Shown here in pieces: positions 1 to 8,541 of a DNA stretch of 26,858 nucleotides. A model generated the notes under the pieces. That model did no database searches. It was not told the DNA's origin and saw only the letters and a program-made list of their open reading frames with translations. How positions within the stretch are numbered: the stretch's first letter is position 1; the number at the start of each line of letters is the position of its first letter. Origin of the DNA: Methanotrichaceae archaeon (GTDB lineage: Archaea; Halobacteriota; Methanosarcinia; Methanotrichales; Methanotrichaceae); assembly GCA_963748825.1 (NCBI GenBank), contig CAVVKN010000019.1:1-26858 (forward strand). The letters run 5' to 3'. A program made the translations under genes and the position numbers.

Positions 1-31
1 GGTTAACTAATAAATTTCAAGGTGATTTATT

Positions 32-1288
32 TTGCAAAAGAGCGTAGTTAAAGATCCAAGTCTGGCCGCAGAAGGAGAAAAGCGCATCGAATGGGCGCGA
101 AGACATATGCCTGTTTTGGAGAAGATCAAGCAGGAGTTCGAGAGGGAAAAGCCACTCAAGGGCGCGCGCATCGTGGCCTGTCTGCATGTGACTGTCGAGA
201 CCGCGAACCTCATCACCACTCTGGTGGCCGGCGGCGCCGAGGTGGCAGTCACCGGCTCCAATCCCCTCTCCACCCAGGATGAGGTGGCTGCGGCCTTAGC
301 CGCGCGGGGCCTGCATGTCTACGCCTTCCGGGGCGAGAACGAGAAGGAGTACTACGACTGCATCAAGATAGCACTCGATCTCAAGCCCAATGTGAGCCTG
401 GACGACGGTGCAGATACCATCGCCATCATCCACAAGGAGCAGCCGGAGCTGGCCGAACAGATGTTCGGCGGCTGCGAGGAGACCACCACCGGTGTCGTGC
501 GGCTGCGGGCCATGGCCGACGACAACGCTCTGCTCTATCCGGTAGTCGCCGTTAACGACGCCGAGACCAAGATGATGTTCGACAACCGCTACGGCACCGG
601 CCAGAGCACTCTGCACGGCATCATGCAGGCCACCAACTTCCTCTTCGCAGGAAAGACTGTGGTCGTGGCCGGCTACGGCTGGTGCGGCAGGGGCTTTGCC
701 ATGCGCGCACGCGGTCTGGGAGCAAACGTAATTGTGGTTGAGGTCGAGCCGAGAAAAGCCCTGGAGGCTGCCATGGACGGCTACAGAGTTATGCCCATGC
801 ACAAGGCGGCGCCCCTGGGAGATCTGTTTGTCACGCTTACCGGCGACATAAACGTCATTCGAGAGGAGCACTTCGTGCAGATGAAGGACCAGGCCGTCCT
901 GGCCAACAGCGGCCACTTCAATGTGGAGATCGACATTCCCGCTCTGGAGAAGATGACGGCGGAGAAGGCCGAGGTGCAGAACAACGTCACCGAGTACAAG
1001 CTCAAAGACGGTCGCAGGCTCTACCTGCTCGCGGAAGGCCGGCTGATCAATCTGGCTGCCGCCTACGGCCATCCTCCCGAGGTCATGGACATGTCCTTTG
1101 CCAACCAGGCGTTGGCCGTGCGCTACATAGTTGAGCACGGACGAAAGCTGGAGAAGAAGGTCTATGCCGTTCCTGTGGAGATCGATCGCAGGGTGGCGGA
1201 ACTGAAGCTGGCCTCCATGGGCCTGGAGACGGAAAAGCTTACCGCCGAGCAGGACAAATACCTGCATAGCTGGCAGATGGGAACTTAA
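32..1288 (+). CDS. ahcY: S-adenosyl-L-homocysteine hydrolase (adenosylhomocysteinase)
   Basis: 418 aa with motifs [44 protein letters not shown], the NAD-binding [18 protein letters not shown] and [24 protein letters not shown] start is preceded by a GGTGA SD-like motif. Confidence 0.97.
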   Translation: MQKSVVKDPSLAAEGEKRIEWARRHMPVLEKIKQEFEREKPLKGARIVACLHVTVETANLITTLVAGGAEVAVTGSNPLSTQDEVAAALAARGLHVYAFRGENEKEYYDCIKIALDLKPNVSLDDGADTIAIIHKEQPELAEQMFGGCEETTTGVVRLRAMADDNALLYPVVAVNDAETKMMFDNRYGTGQSTLHGIMQATNFLFAGKTVVVAGYGWCGRGFAMRARGLGANVIVVEVEPRKALEAAMDGYRVMPMHKAAPLGDLFVTLTGDINVIREEHFVQMKDQAVLANSGHFNVEIDIPALEKMTAEKAEVQNNVTEYKLKDGRRLYLLAEGRLINLAAAYGHPPEVMDMSFANQALAVRYIVEHGRKLEKKVYAVPVEIDRRVAELKLASMGLETEKLTAEQDKYLHSWQMGT

Positions 1289-1327
1289 GGAGAACAACTT
1301 GAGGGGATTATAAAGGAGTGTCCGGCC

Positions 1328-2413
1328 TTGGATCTGAAAAAAGGTAACCTGGAAGCATATCTGAAGAGCCTTTACGGGCGAGATTTATCGCTCCTGAGCA
1401 CCCGCAAGATGGGTGAGACAATACCCACCACAGAGGACGTGAAAGGATTCGGATACGGATCGCCTCTGCTGGTGGAGTACGAGATCAAGGGAAAGAAGGG
1501 CTCGGCCGTGCTCTCCTCCATGCGCGTGCAGCATGGCTTCGGCCACGACCACTTTTCCGACCGGGCAAGGATTATGATCTGGCAGAATTCGACCTTTGCC
1601 AGCCTCCCCAAACACGTCCCATCTCTCGATGTGGGCTACTTCACGGAAAAAGGAACGCTGGTCTCTGCTGGAGATGCTCGCGAATACTTCCTGCTCATGG
1701 AGAAGATCGAGGGGAAAGAGTACTTCTTTGATCTGGAACGGGTAAAAGAGCAGGGTGCAACCGACCTGGACTACGACCGGGTCATAGCCCTCTCCAATTA
1801 CCTGGCCGAGATCCACGCCGTCAAGGGAGACTGCCCGCCCCTCTATCAGCGCAAGATCCGGGAGACTGTGGGAGACGGCGAGTGCATCTTCGGCATTCTG
1901 GATGACTATCCGGACAATCCCAGCTTCCTGGACCCGGATGAGCTGCAAGAGGTCGAGAAGATCTGCGTGCAATGGAGATGGATGCTGCGCGATAAGGCCC
2001 GGCGCCTCTGCCAGGTGCACGGCGACTTCCACCCCTGGAATATCATGTTCCGGGAGGGCACAGACTTCTCCGTCCTGGACAGAAGCCGGGGAGAGTGGGG
2101 CGAAGCTGCGGACGACATCACCGCTCTGGCTATGAACTACATATTCTACTCTGTGCAAAAGAGCTTGCGCCTGACCGGAGACCTGAAAGACCTCTTCGAG
2201 TTGTTCTTCGAAAACTACCTGGAAAAGACGGGCGACGAAGAGCTTCTGGAGGTCATCGCGCCGTTCTTCGCCTTCCGGGCAGTGGTCGTGGCCAGCCCCA
2301 CCTGGTATCCGCTGCTCTCCGATGATGTGAGAAGGGCCCTCTTCAACTTCCTGGAGAACGTCCTTGGTTCCAAGAAGTTCAATTACAGAGATGTGAACAG
2401 CTACCTGGACTAA
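1328..2413 (+). CDS. APH/choline-kinase-fold phosphotransferase, substrate unknown
   Basis: 361 aa with the Brenner motif HGDFHPWNI followed by VLD and GEAADD. Lies 39 nt after ahcY. TTG start with AGGAG upstream. Confidence 0.85.
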   Translation: MDLKKGNLEAYLKSLYGRDLSLLSTRKMGETIPTTEDVKGFGYGSPLLVEYEIKGKKGSAVLSSMRVQHGFGHDHFSDRARIMIWQNSTFASLPKHVPSLDVGYFTEKGTLVSAGDAREYFLLMEKIEGKEYFFDLERVKEQGATDLDYDRVIALSNYLAEIHAVKGDCPPLYQRKIRETVGDGECIFGILDDYPDNPSFLDPDELQEVEKICVQWRWMLRDKARRLCQVHGDFHPWNIMFREGTDFSVLDRSRGEWGEAADDITALAMNYIFYSVQKSLRLTGDLKDLFELFFENYLEKTGDEELLEVIAPFFAFRAVVVASPTWYPLLSDDVRRALFNFLENVLGSKKFNYRDVNSYLD

Positions 2414-2465
2414 GGATGCAGGCCTGACCTAAAGGTTGCCATGGCACATTGAGAAGGGCCAATTC

Positions 2466-2499
2466 CACGGCGGCCCCGTCTCCGTGCAGCTATTTTTTT
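2466..2499 (+). terminator. Possible terminator (weak hairpin plus T-tract) after the ahcY-phosphotransferase pair
   Basis: CACGG (2466-2470) is complementary to CCGTG (2482-2486), followed by T7 at 2493-2499. Confidence 0.35.
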
Positions 2500-2524
2500 G
2501 GATTATTCGGGGATTATTCTGAAA

Positions 2525-3523
2525 ATGACGACTTACGCCTTTGAGCTGTCCGGAGAGCATGAGACGCTGCCGAGAAGCGAAGCCCTGGCCCTGGTGGAGA
2601 TATTCTCTTCCCGCTTTTCCGAGGTCGCCTTTCTGGACCAGTGCCTGATAGTTGAGGCGGAAGACCTCGATGTGCAATTATTGGGCAGTCGTCTGGCCAT
2701 GACTCATCGCATCATAGAGGTGCTGGCGATCTCTGACGCGAACCTGGAGGCACTCGCCCAGGCTGTGAGCCATTTGGAGCTGCCTCGCAAGAAGTATCTG
2801 GTCAGGGCGCGGCGTATCAAGGATGCCGCGCCCGGGGCGGATGCCGTGGAACACGAGGTGGGACGCATCCTTTTTCACAGAGGCTACAGTGCGGACCTGA
2901 AAAAGCCGGAGATGGTGCTGCGAGCCGTCATCACAACAGGAAAGATAGTCCTGGGACGCGAGGCTGCCCGAACCGATAGAAGCTCCTTTGAGGCACGCCG
3001 GCCTCACCTCAAGCCCTTTTTCCATCCCGGCGTGCTCATGCCGCGCATGGCCCGTGCCTTGGTCAACCTCACCCAGGTTCGCGCAAGCGAGATGCTGCTC
3101 GATCCCTTTGCCGGAACCTGCGGCATTCTGATCGAAGCCTGCTTGATCGGCATCCAGGGGTTGGGAATCGAGGTTCAGACCCGGCTGGTGAAGGGTGCTT
3201 TATGTAATTTGCAGTCGCTGGACTGCTCTCTTTTATTGGGCGATGCCAAGCGCTTGCCACTGCAAAACTCTTCCATCGATGCTGCCGTTCTGGACACACC
3301 CTATGGAAGATCGGCTAAAATCCTGGCAAAGTCCAAAGAATTACTTTTGCAGGAAAGTTTAAGCGAACTCTTCCGGGTGATCAAGCATGGCCGCCGCATG
3401 GTAATCGTGGCGGATAGCTCGCTTGATGCCTTGCTCGCGAATGCAGGCTTTGAAATTCTCCAAAAGCATACGGATCGCGTGCATGGAAGCCTGACGCGGC
3501 AAATATTCCTCTGCCGGAAATAA
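2525..3523 (+). CDS. trm11: tRNA (guanine(10)-N2)-methyltransferase, THUMP + SAM-dependent MTase (Trm11/TrmG10 family)
   Basis: N-terminal FELSGEHETLP, a THUMP-like region, RRPHLKPFFHPGVLMPRMARALVNL, SAM motif LLDPFAGTCGILIEA and DTPYGR (DPPY-like). ATG at 2525 is preferred over TTG at 2498. Confidence 0.88.
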   Translation: MTTYAFELSGEHETLPRSEALALVEIFSSRFSEVAFLDQCLIVEAEDLDVQLLGSRLAMTHRIIEVLAISDANLEALAQAVSHLELPRKKYLVRARRIKDAAPGADAVEHEVGRILFHRGYSADLKKPEMVLRAVITTGKIVLGREAARTDRSSFEARRPHLKPFFHPGVLMPRMARALVNLTQVRASEMLLDPFAGTCGILIEACLIGIQGLGIEVQTRLVKGALCNLQSLDCSLLLGDAKRLPLQNSSIDAAVLDTPYGRSAKILAKSKELLLQESLSELFRVIKHGRRMVIVADSSLDALLANAGFEILQKHTDRVHGSLTRQIFLCRK

Positions 3524-3607
3524 TCTTGACAGTATCTACTGACCTGCCTTCTGCCCTTAGAACTTAGGAGTTATGCAAAAATCAGGGTCAAGGGCAAGAG
3601 AAGCTTC

Positions 3608-4204
3608 TCAGGCCTCTGCCGCCTCATAGTCGGTATCGATGGTATCCTGAAGGCCATCCTCGGTGTGGGCTGTCACCATGCGCTCGGAGACATCCTGATC
3701 GGAGAGTATCTCCAAAAAACGCTTTGTGTATCCATCCCTCTCCGATGCTTTCTGGCTATCGAAGATATTCCTGTACTCCGATATGGTGGAAGGAGCTACC
3801 TGCAGACTTCCAGCCATCTCTTTGACGGATTTGTTGGCATCCGTTAGGCGGAGAAACTCATCCTTGTCGAAAGGAGGCTTCAAATCAGTCTCCCTGAATA
3901 AGTGGAGCTTGATTCGGGCCCGGCTGACGGTTTTATTTAGGGCTCGATCACCCAATTGCTCTGCGATCTCGGTATCACTTAGTCTCTTATAAAAGAGCCT
4001 GACAACTGATGATAACTGCTCGGCAGTCAGCTTTGTCTGGATACCGTATTGTTTTATCATTTCCTGGACGACTCCCAATAAAGCGCGCTCAATCTCGCCG
4101 CTTCCCCGGAGACTACCATGACGGGTGGCCTGTTTCTCCACGACCTTGGTTGTGGCGCCAATTTTCATAACGAGGTCCCGAAGTTGATCAGTCCTGCCAC
4201 TCAT
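3608..4204 (-). CDS. Conserved euryarchaeal protein with two HTH-like segments, resembling the haloarchaeal conditioned medium-induced protein 4 family
   Basis: 198 aa with SDTEIAEQLG..TVSRARIKLHL and SVKEMAGSLQVAPSTISEY (HTH-like), and a C-terminal EDGLQDT. The family is recognised from memory. Confidence 0.65.
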   Translation of the reverse strand: MSGRTDQLRDLVMKIGATTKVVEKQATRHGSLRGSGEIERALLGVVQEMIKQYGIQTKLTAEQLSSVVRLFYKRLSDTEIAEQLGDRALNKTVSRARIKLHLFRETDLKPPFDKDEFLRLTDANKSVKEMAGSLQVAPSTISEYRNIFDSQKASERDGYTKRFLEILSDQDVSERMVTAHTEDGLQDTIDTDYEAAEA

Positions 4205-4272
4205 TTAAGATACTCACCCCTTGGAAACTCCTTTGTTTATAGTATAAAGAGATTTCCATGGTATTACAAACC

Positions 4273-4280
4273 TTTTTATA
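4273..4280 (+). promoter_or_regulatory. Putative TATA box of spt5 in a divergent promoter region
   Basis: TTTTTATA ends about 25 nt upstream of the spt5 ATG and is preceded by A-rich sequence. The spacing implies a very short leader. Confidence 0.5.
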
Positions 4281-4305
4281 CACGAGATTCGTCTAAGAAG
4301 GCGGA

Positions 4306-4761
4306 ATGTCCGAGACCAGCATATATGTTGTGAAGACCACTGCGAATCAAGAACGATCGGTGGCCAACATGATCGCCCAGATAGCACGCAAGGAAAAGTA
4401 TGATATACGGGCACTGCTGGTACCAGATGTGCTGAAAGGCTACGTTCTTGTGGAATCACCAGCTCCGGAGATCGTAGATCAGGCGATTCAAGGAATACCC
4501 CACGCACGCTCTGTGATAAAAGGGGCCTCTAATATCGGAGAGGTTGAACACTTTCTCTCCCCCAAACCTGCCGTAATCGGAATTAATGAAGGAGCCATTA
4601 TCGAGCTCATATCCGGACCGTTCAAGGGAGAGAAGGCAAGGGTCAAACGCGTGGACGTTGCCAAGGAAGAGATAACGTTGGAACTCTTTGAAGCCATGGT
4701 GCCTATCCCCATCACAGTACGGGGAGATAACGTGCGCGTGCTCAGTAAAGATGGAACTTAA
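4306..4761 (+). CDS. spt5: Transcription elongation factor Spt5 (NusG family)
   Basis: NGN domain ([24 protein letters not shown]) plus KOW domain ([27 protein letters not shown]). Confidence 0.97.
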   Translation: MSETSIYVVKTTANQERSVANMIAQIARKEKYDIRALLVPDVLKGYVLVESPAPEIVDQAIQGIPHARSVIKGASNIGEVEHFLSPKPAVIGINEGAIIELISGPFKGEKARVKRVDVAKEEITLELFEAMVPIPITVRGDNVRVLSKDGT

Positions 4762-4782
4762 TAAATTTTGAGGTGACAAGTA

Positions 4783-5259
4783 TTGGCTAATGTCGTAGAA
4801 GCATTGGTCCCCGGCGGAAAGGCCAGCGCGGGGCCACCTTTGGGCCCGGCCCTAGGACCTCTGGGCGTAAATGTAGCTCAGGTGGTCGCCAAGATCAATG
4901 AGCAGACTAAAGATCTCAATGGAATGCAAGTTCCCGTCAAAGTCATAGTAAAGTCCAGAACCGAATTCGAGATCGAAGTCGGAACGCCTCCTACCTCAGC
5001 CCTGATCATCAAAGAGATGGGCGTAGAGAAGGGCACTGGCGACAAAACTATCGTTGGGAACCTAACTATGGAGCAGGTCATCAAAATTGTAAACATCAAG
5101 CGAAAAGGCCTTCTCTCCAAAACCCTGAAGCAAGCGGCCAGCGAGGTCATCGGCACAGCGGGGTCTGTAGGCGCGACCATTGATGGTATGCAAAGCAAAG
5201 AGGCTCAACTGGCTGTAGCCAGCGGCAAATACGATGAGATATTAGAAGCGAAGGCTTAA
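4783..5259 (+). CDS. rpl11: 50S ribosomal protein uL11
   Basis: GGKASAGPPLGPALGPLGVN and FEIEVGTPPTSALI. TTG start after a GAGGTGA SD. Confidence 0.97.
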   Translation: MANVVEALVPGGKASAGPPLGPALGPLGVNVAQVVAKINEQTKDLNGMQVPVKVIVKSRTEFEIEVGTPPTSALIIKEMGVEKGTGDKTIVGNLTMEQVIKIVNIKRKGLLSKTLKQAASEVIGTAGSVGATIDGMQSKEAQLAVASGKYDEILEAKA

Positions 5260-5303
5260 AATATAGAGTTATTATCTGAATTCTAATTCTCTTTTTTGAG
5301 AAG

Positions 5304-5336
5304 CCGTAGAAGACCTAGAGTCGCAGACTACGGAGG
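5304..5336 (+). promoter_or_regulatory. Putative uL1 autoregulatory mRNA hairpin overlapping the rpl1 SD
   Basis: CCGTAG (5304-5309) pairs with CTACGG (5328-5333). Inner stem GAC/GTC, asymmetric internal loop AA/GCAGA, SD GGAGG at 5332-5336. Confidence 0.65.
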
Positions 5337-5342
5337 ATTGAA

Positions 5343-5975
5343 ATGGATATAGAAGAAGCCGTTAAACAGGCTATCACTGAGGCACCTGCCAGAAAGTTCA
5401 GCGAGAGCGTGGATCTGGCTATTAACCTTCATAACATCGACTTGGCCCTTCCGGGAAACAGAGTCGATGTCGAGGTTATCCTACCCCACGGGCTTGGCAA
5501 ACCAACCAAGATCGCTGTATTCGCTGCTGGAGAGACTGCCCTGCGAGCCAAGAGCGCCGGCGCAGACCGGGTTATATCCGCGGACGAGATCAAAGAGCTC
5601 GCCGGAGATAAGAGAGCTGTGCGCAAAATGGCAGACGAGTATAAGTTCTTCATAGCAGAGACTCAGTTCATGCCCGTCATAGGTAAGAGCCTGGGTTCCA
5701 TTCTCGGCAAGAGGGGCAAGATGCCCACACCTCTGCCGCCGACACAGGACGTAACCCCACAGATACAGAGGCTCAAGAACATGATCAGGATCAGGTCTCG
5801 GGACAAGCCGACCTTCCACCTGACTGTTGGGAACAGAAATATGAATACCAAAGAGCTGGCCGAAAACATTGAAGCGGTCGTCGTCAAGCTCGAGCAGACC
5901 CTCAAGGATGGTCGACATAACCTGAAGTCGGTTTACGTCAAGACCACCATGGGGCCTTCTATAAAGGTGATTTAA
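5343..5975 (+). CDS. rpl1: 50S ribosomal protein uL1
   Basis: RKFSESVDLAINL, LPHG, LGKRGKMPTP and VYVKTTMGPS. Confidence 0.97.
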   Translation: MDIEEAVKQAITEAPARKFSESVDLAINLHNIDLALPGNRVDVEVILPHGLGKPTKIAVFAAGETALRAKSAGADRVISADEIKELAGDKRAVRKMADEYKFFIAETQFMPVIGKSLGSILGKRGKMPTPLPPTQDVTPQIQRLKNMIRIRSRDKPTFHLTVGNRNMNTKELAENIEAVVVKLEQTLKDGRHNLKSVYVKTTMGPSIKVI

Positions 5976-6947
5976 ATGGCAGCCGAGACTCGTCACACTG
6001 CCCACATACCTGAGTGGAAGGTTAAGGATGTAGAAGAGCTTATCGAAATGATAAGCAAAAGCCGCGTTGTCGGCGTTGTCGGCGTGCGGGAGATACCTGC
6101 CGATAATCTGCAGCAGATGCGAGGCAGTCTCAGAGGCAATGTCGAGATTAGGATGGTGAGGAACACCATCGCTCGCCGCGCTCTGGAAGCCTCTGCCCCG
6201 GAGATCAGACCGCTGGCCGATTTCATTGAAGATCAGACTGCTTTGCTTTTCAGCAATGACAATCCCTTCAAGCTGAACAGCCTCTTGGAGAAGGGCAAAC
6301 GGCCCATGCCCATTAAGGCCGGTGCACGTGCTCCTAAAGACATCGTGGTCGAAGCTGGAGTGACTTCATTCTCGCCGGGACCCATGGTCGGCAAGCTTCA
6401 AGCGGCCGGCATCCCTGCAGCCATTAAGAGCGGAAAGGTGGTCATCAACCAGAAGATCACTTTAGCCAAAGAGGGAGAGGTCGTTTCCGCCAAGACCGCG
6501 GACATTTTGAAGACTATGGAGATCTTCCCCAGAAACGTGGGCCTGGAACTACGAGCGGCCTACGAGGGTGGCTTGATCTTTAAAGTCAAGGATCTTTCCA
6601 TCGATGTGGAGGCACAGATCTCAGAGCTGTTCGCCGCTTCTGCCAAAGCATTCGGCTTTGCTGTTGAGATTGGCTATGCTACGCCGAAAACTGTCGGACC
6701 TATGCTGCAAAAGGCTCAGACCAAGGCCAGAGCCCTGGTACTGGAAGCGGGAATACCCGTGCCCAGCATGATGGAGATGCTTTTAGCCAAGGCAGCTGCC
6801 AATGCCAAAGCCTTGTCTCGCCTGGCCAGTGGAGAAGCAGCCTTGGAGGCTGCCGCAGCCCCTGCTCCCGCGAAGGCCGAGGAAGAGAAAGAAGAGAAGA
6901 AGGATGAAGAAGACACCGCTGCTGGAATGGGTGCTCTCTTCGGATAA
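5976..6947 (+). CDS. rplP0: 50S ribosomal protein uL10 (archaeal P0)
   Basis: IPEWK, LQQMR, VRNT, NPFKL, TSFSPGP, an Ala-rich hinge and an acidic tail ending GMGALFG. The ATG directly abuts the rpl1 stop. Confidence 0.97.
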   Translation: MAAETRHTAHIPEWKVKDVEELIEMISKSRVVGVVGVREIPADNLQQMRGSLRGNVEIRMVRNTIARRALEASAPEIRPLADFIEDQTALLFSNDNPFKLNSLLEKGKRPMPIKAGARAPKDIVVEAGVTSFSPGPMVGKLQAAGIPAAIKSGKVVINQKITLAKEGEVVSAKTADILKTMEIFPRNVGLELRAAYEGGLIFKVKDLSIDVEAQISELFAASAKAFGFAVEIGYATPKTVGPMLQKAQTKARALVLEAGIPVPSMMEMLLAKAAANAKALSRLASGEAALEAAAAPAPAKAEEEKEEKKDEEDTAAGMGALFG

Positions 6948-6982
6948 ACTAAAAATTAGAGGAAAATTCGAGGTCGATTCAA

Positions 6983-7297
6983 ATGGAATATGTATACGCT
7001 GCATTACTGCTTCACAGCGCAGGCAAAGACGTTAACGAGGATGGAATTAAGAAGGTCGTCGAGGCATCCGGCGCCGCCGCAGACGAGATCAGAATCAAGG
7101 CCCTGGTAGCCGCTTTAGAAGGCGTGGACATCGCAACTGTCCTCGCTCAGGCAGCCGCAGTGCCCATAGCCGCCGCAGCCGCAGCCCCTGTCGCAGCACA
7201 TGCCGCCAAGGGCGAGGCCAAGGCAGAAGAACCAGAAGAAGATAAGGAAGCAGCAGAGGAGAGCGGTGTAGAGGGCCTGGGTGCCCTTTTCGGCTGA
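6983..7297 (+). CDS. rpl12: 50S ribosomal stalk protein P1 (aL12)
   Basis: [23 protein letters not shown], an Ala-rich hinge and GLGALFG C-terminus. Confidence 0.97.
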   Translation: MEYVYAALLLHSAGKDVNEDGIKKVVEASGAAADEIRIKALVAALEGVDIATVLAQAAAVPIAAAAAAPVAAHAAKGEAKAEEPEEDKEAAEESGVEGLGALFG

Positions 7298-7308
7298 ATC
7301 TCCTTCAG

Positions 7309-7327
7309 CTTTTTTTTCACTTTTTTT
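7309..7327 (+). terminator. Oligo(T) archaeal terminator after rpl12
   Basis: T9-CAC-T7 directly downstream of the stop codon, between convergent genes. Confidence 0.6.
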
Positions 7328-7342
7328 GGTAAAAATATTATA

Positions 7343-7615
7343 TTAAAGTTCTTCCAACTTCTCAACGCCCATCTTCTTGACCTTCGGCTTCCAGATATTG
7401 GCAGGCATCCAGGCGGGGGCATTGGCGGGCTTGGGCACCTGGATCCGCTCACCTTGGAATATGTGCACATTTCGTGTCCCTCTCTCCCGAAGCCTTATAT
7501 CAGTGAATCCGCGGTTTGCCGCCTTTAGGGCTGCTTGTCTGGGCTGTTTTCCGGAAAAGACGCCAATCTCATTTCCATCCTTGTCCCGCAATGCGAAATT
7601 TCTTTTTTCTATCAT
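7343..7615 (-). CDS. Non-histone chromosomal protein MC1
   Basis: 90 aa: RNFALRDKDGNEIGVFSGKQPRQAALKAANRG..IRLRERGT..PAWMP. ATG at 7615 has GAGGT upstream. Confidence 0.95.
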   Translation of the reverse strand: MIEKRNFALRDKDGNEIGVFSGKQPRQAALKAANRGFTDIRLRERGTRNVHIFQGERIQVPKPANAPAWMPANIWKPKVKKMGVEKLEEL

Positions 7616-7808
7616 ATTTTTACCTCGCTTAAAAACGTGTGCATCGAGCCATAAGGTTTGCTGCATATCTATATATGAAATACGCTTATATTAATCTTTT
7701 GTTTGATTTCAGAATATGTTGAGAGAACCGGAGGTAGTCACCGGCCCCAATGCCTGTGAAGCGTCCCAATGGAATGGTTTTTTATTCAGGAGGCCATTTC
7801 TATCAATT

Positions 7809-8375
7809 ATGGCATGGGTCATGTGGTTCACAGGCCTTCCAGGCTGCGGGAAGACCACCATCGCAGATAAAGTGTTGACGATTCTATCTGAAGAGGGAAT
7901 TAGCGCCAGGATCCTGCAGCTGGATGAGATCAGAAGAGCGATAACTCCAAATCCCAAATACACAGAAGAAGAAAGAGATATCGTTTATGCCAGCTTAGCC
8001 TACATGGGCAAGCTCTTGGCAGATGAGGGAATAAACGTAATAATAGATGCAACCGCCAATAGACGCCGTTATCGTGATTTTGCCCGCCGCCTGATCCCCA
8101 ATTTCGCCGAGGTCTTTATCCGGGCGCCTCTGCCTGTCTGCATGGAAAGGGAAGCGGAGAGAAAGGCCAAATTCTCACCCAAGGACATCTACAAGAAAGC
8201 GGCTGGTGAGAAGGCCGCCGTGCCGGGAGTCAACGTAGCCTACGAAGAGCCGCTCACTCCTGAGATTGAAGTTGATACTACAAGCATGAACTCGGATGAG
8301 AGTGCCAGGTATATCGCCGATAGGATCTTTGACCTCTATGCATCAAAGGGGCAAAAGGATGGATCAAAGAGCTGA
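7809..8375 (+). CDS. P-loop kinase, adenylyl-sulfate kinase (CysC)-like / AAA_33-like
   Basis: WFTGLPGCGKTTIA Walker A, LDEIRR, VIIDATANRR, FAEVFIRAPL.VC.ER and PGVNVAYEEPLTPE. ATG at 7809 is preferred. Substrate uncertain. Confidence 0.8.
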   Translation: MAWVMWFTGLPGCGKTTIADKVLTILSEEGISARILQLDEIRRAITPNPKYTEEERDIVYASLAYMGKLLADEGINVIIDATANRRRYRDFARRLIPNFAEVFIRAPLPVCMEREAERKAKFSPKDIYKKAAGEKAAVPGVNVAYEEPLTPEIEVDTTSMNSDESARYIADRIFDLYASKGQKDGSKS

Positions 8376-8541
8376 ATGGGTGCAAGGGCCTTGCCAAAAA
8401 ACGGATCGTTTTATAATATTTTTAGGATTTGAGTTGCTCTCGTTTTTCAGGGTTATTTATGCAGATGTCCCGGAAGCAGAACACAATTCCGGAAAGATTA
8501 AAATATAGTCACTTAGACTCCCATTCAGGAAGTGAAGATGC

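Noticed and set aside
296-1297. 333-aa minus-strand ORF opposite ahcY
   Set aside because: Antisense shadow of a GC3-rich gene with no recognisable motifs.
1328-2413. Antibiotic resistance gene
   Set aside because: The APH fold is shared by many metabolic kinases, and the context is housekeeping with no mobile element.
3289-3306. DTPY instead of DPPY in Trm11 as a sign of inactivation
   Set aside because: The second position varies among archaeal homologues, and the Asp, Pro and Tyr are retained.
7809-8375. Firm cysC assignment
   Set aside because: The APS-binding motifs deviate from CysC and there is no sulfate assimilation context, so it is left as CysC-like.
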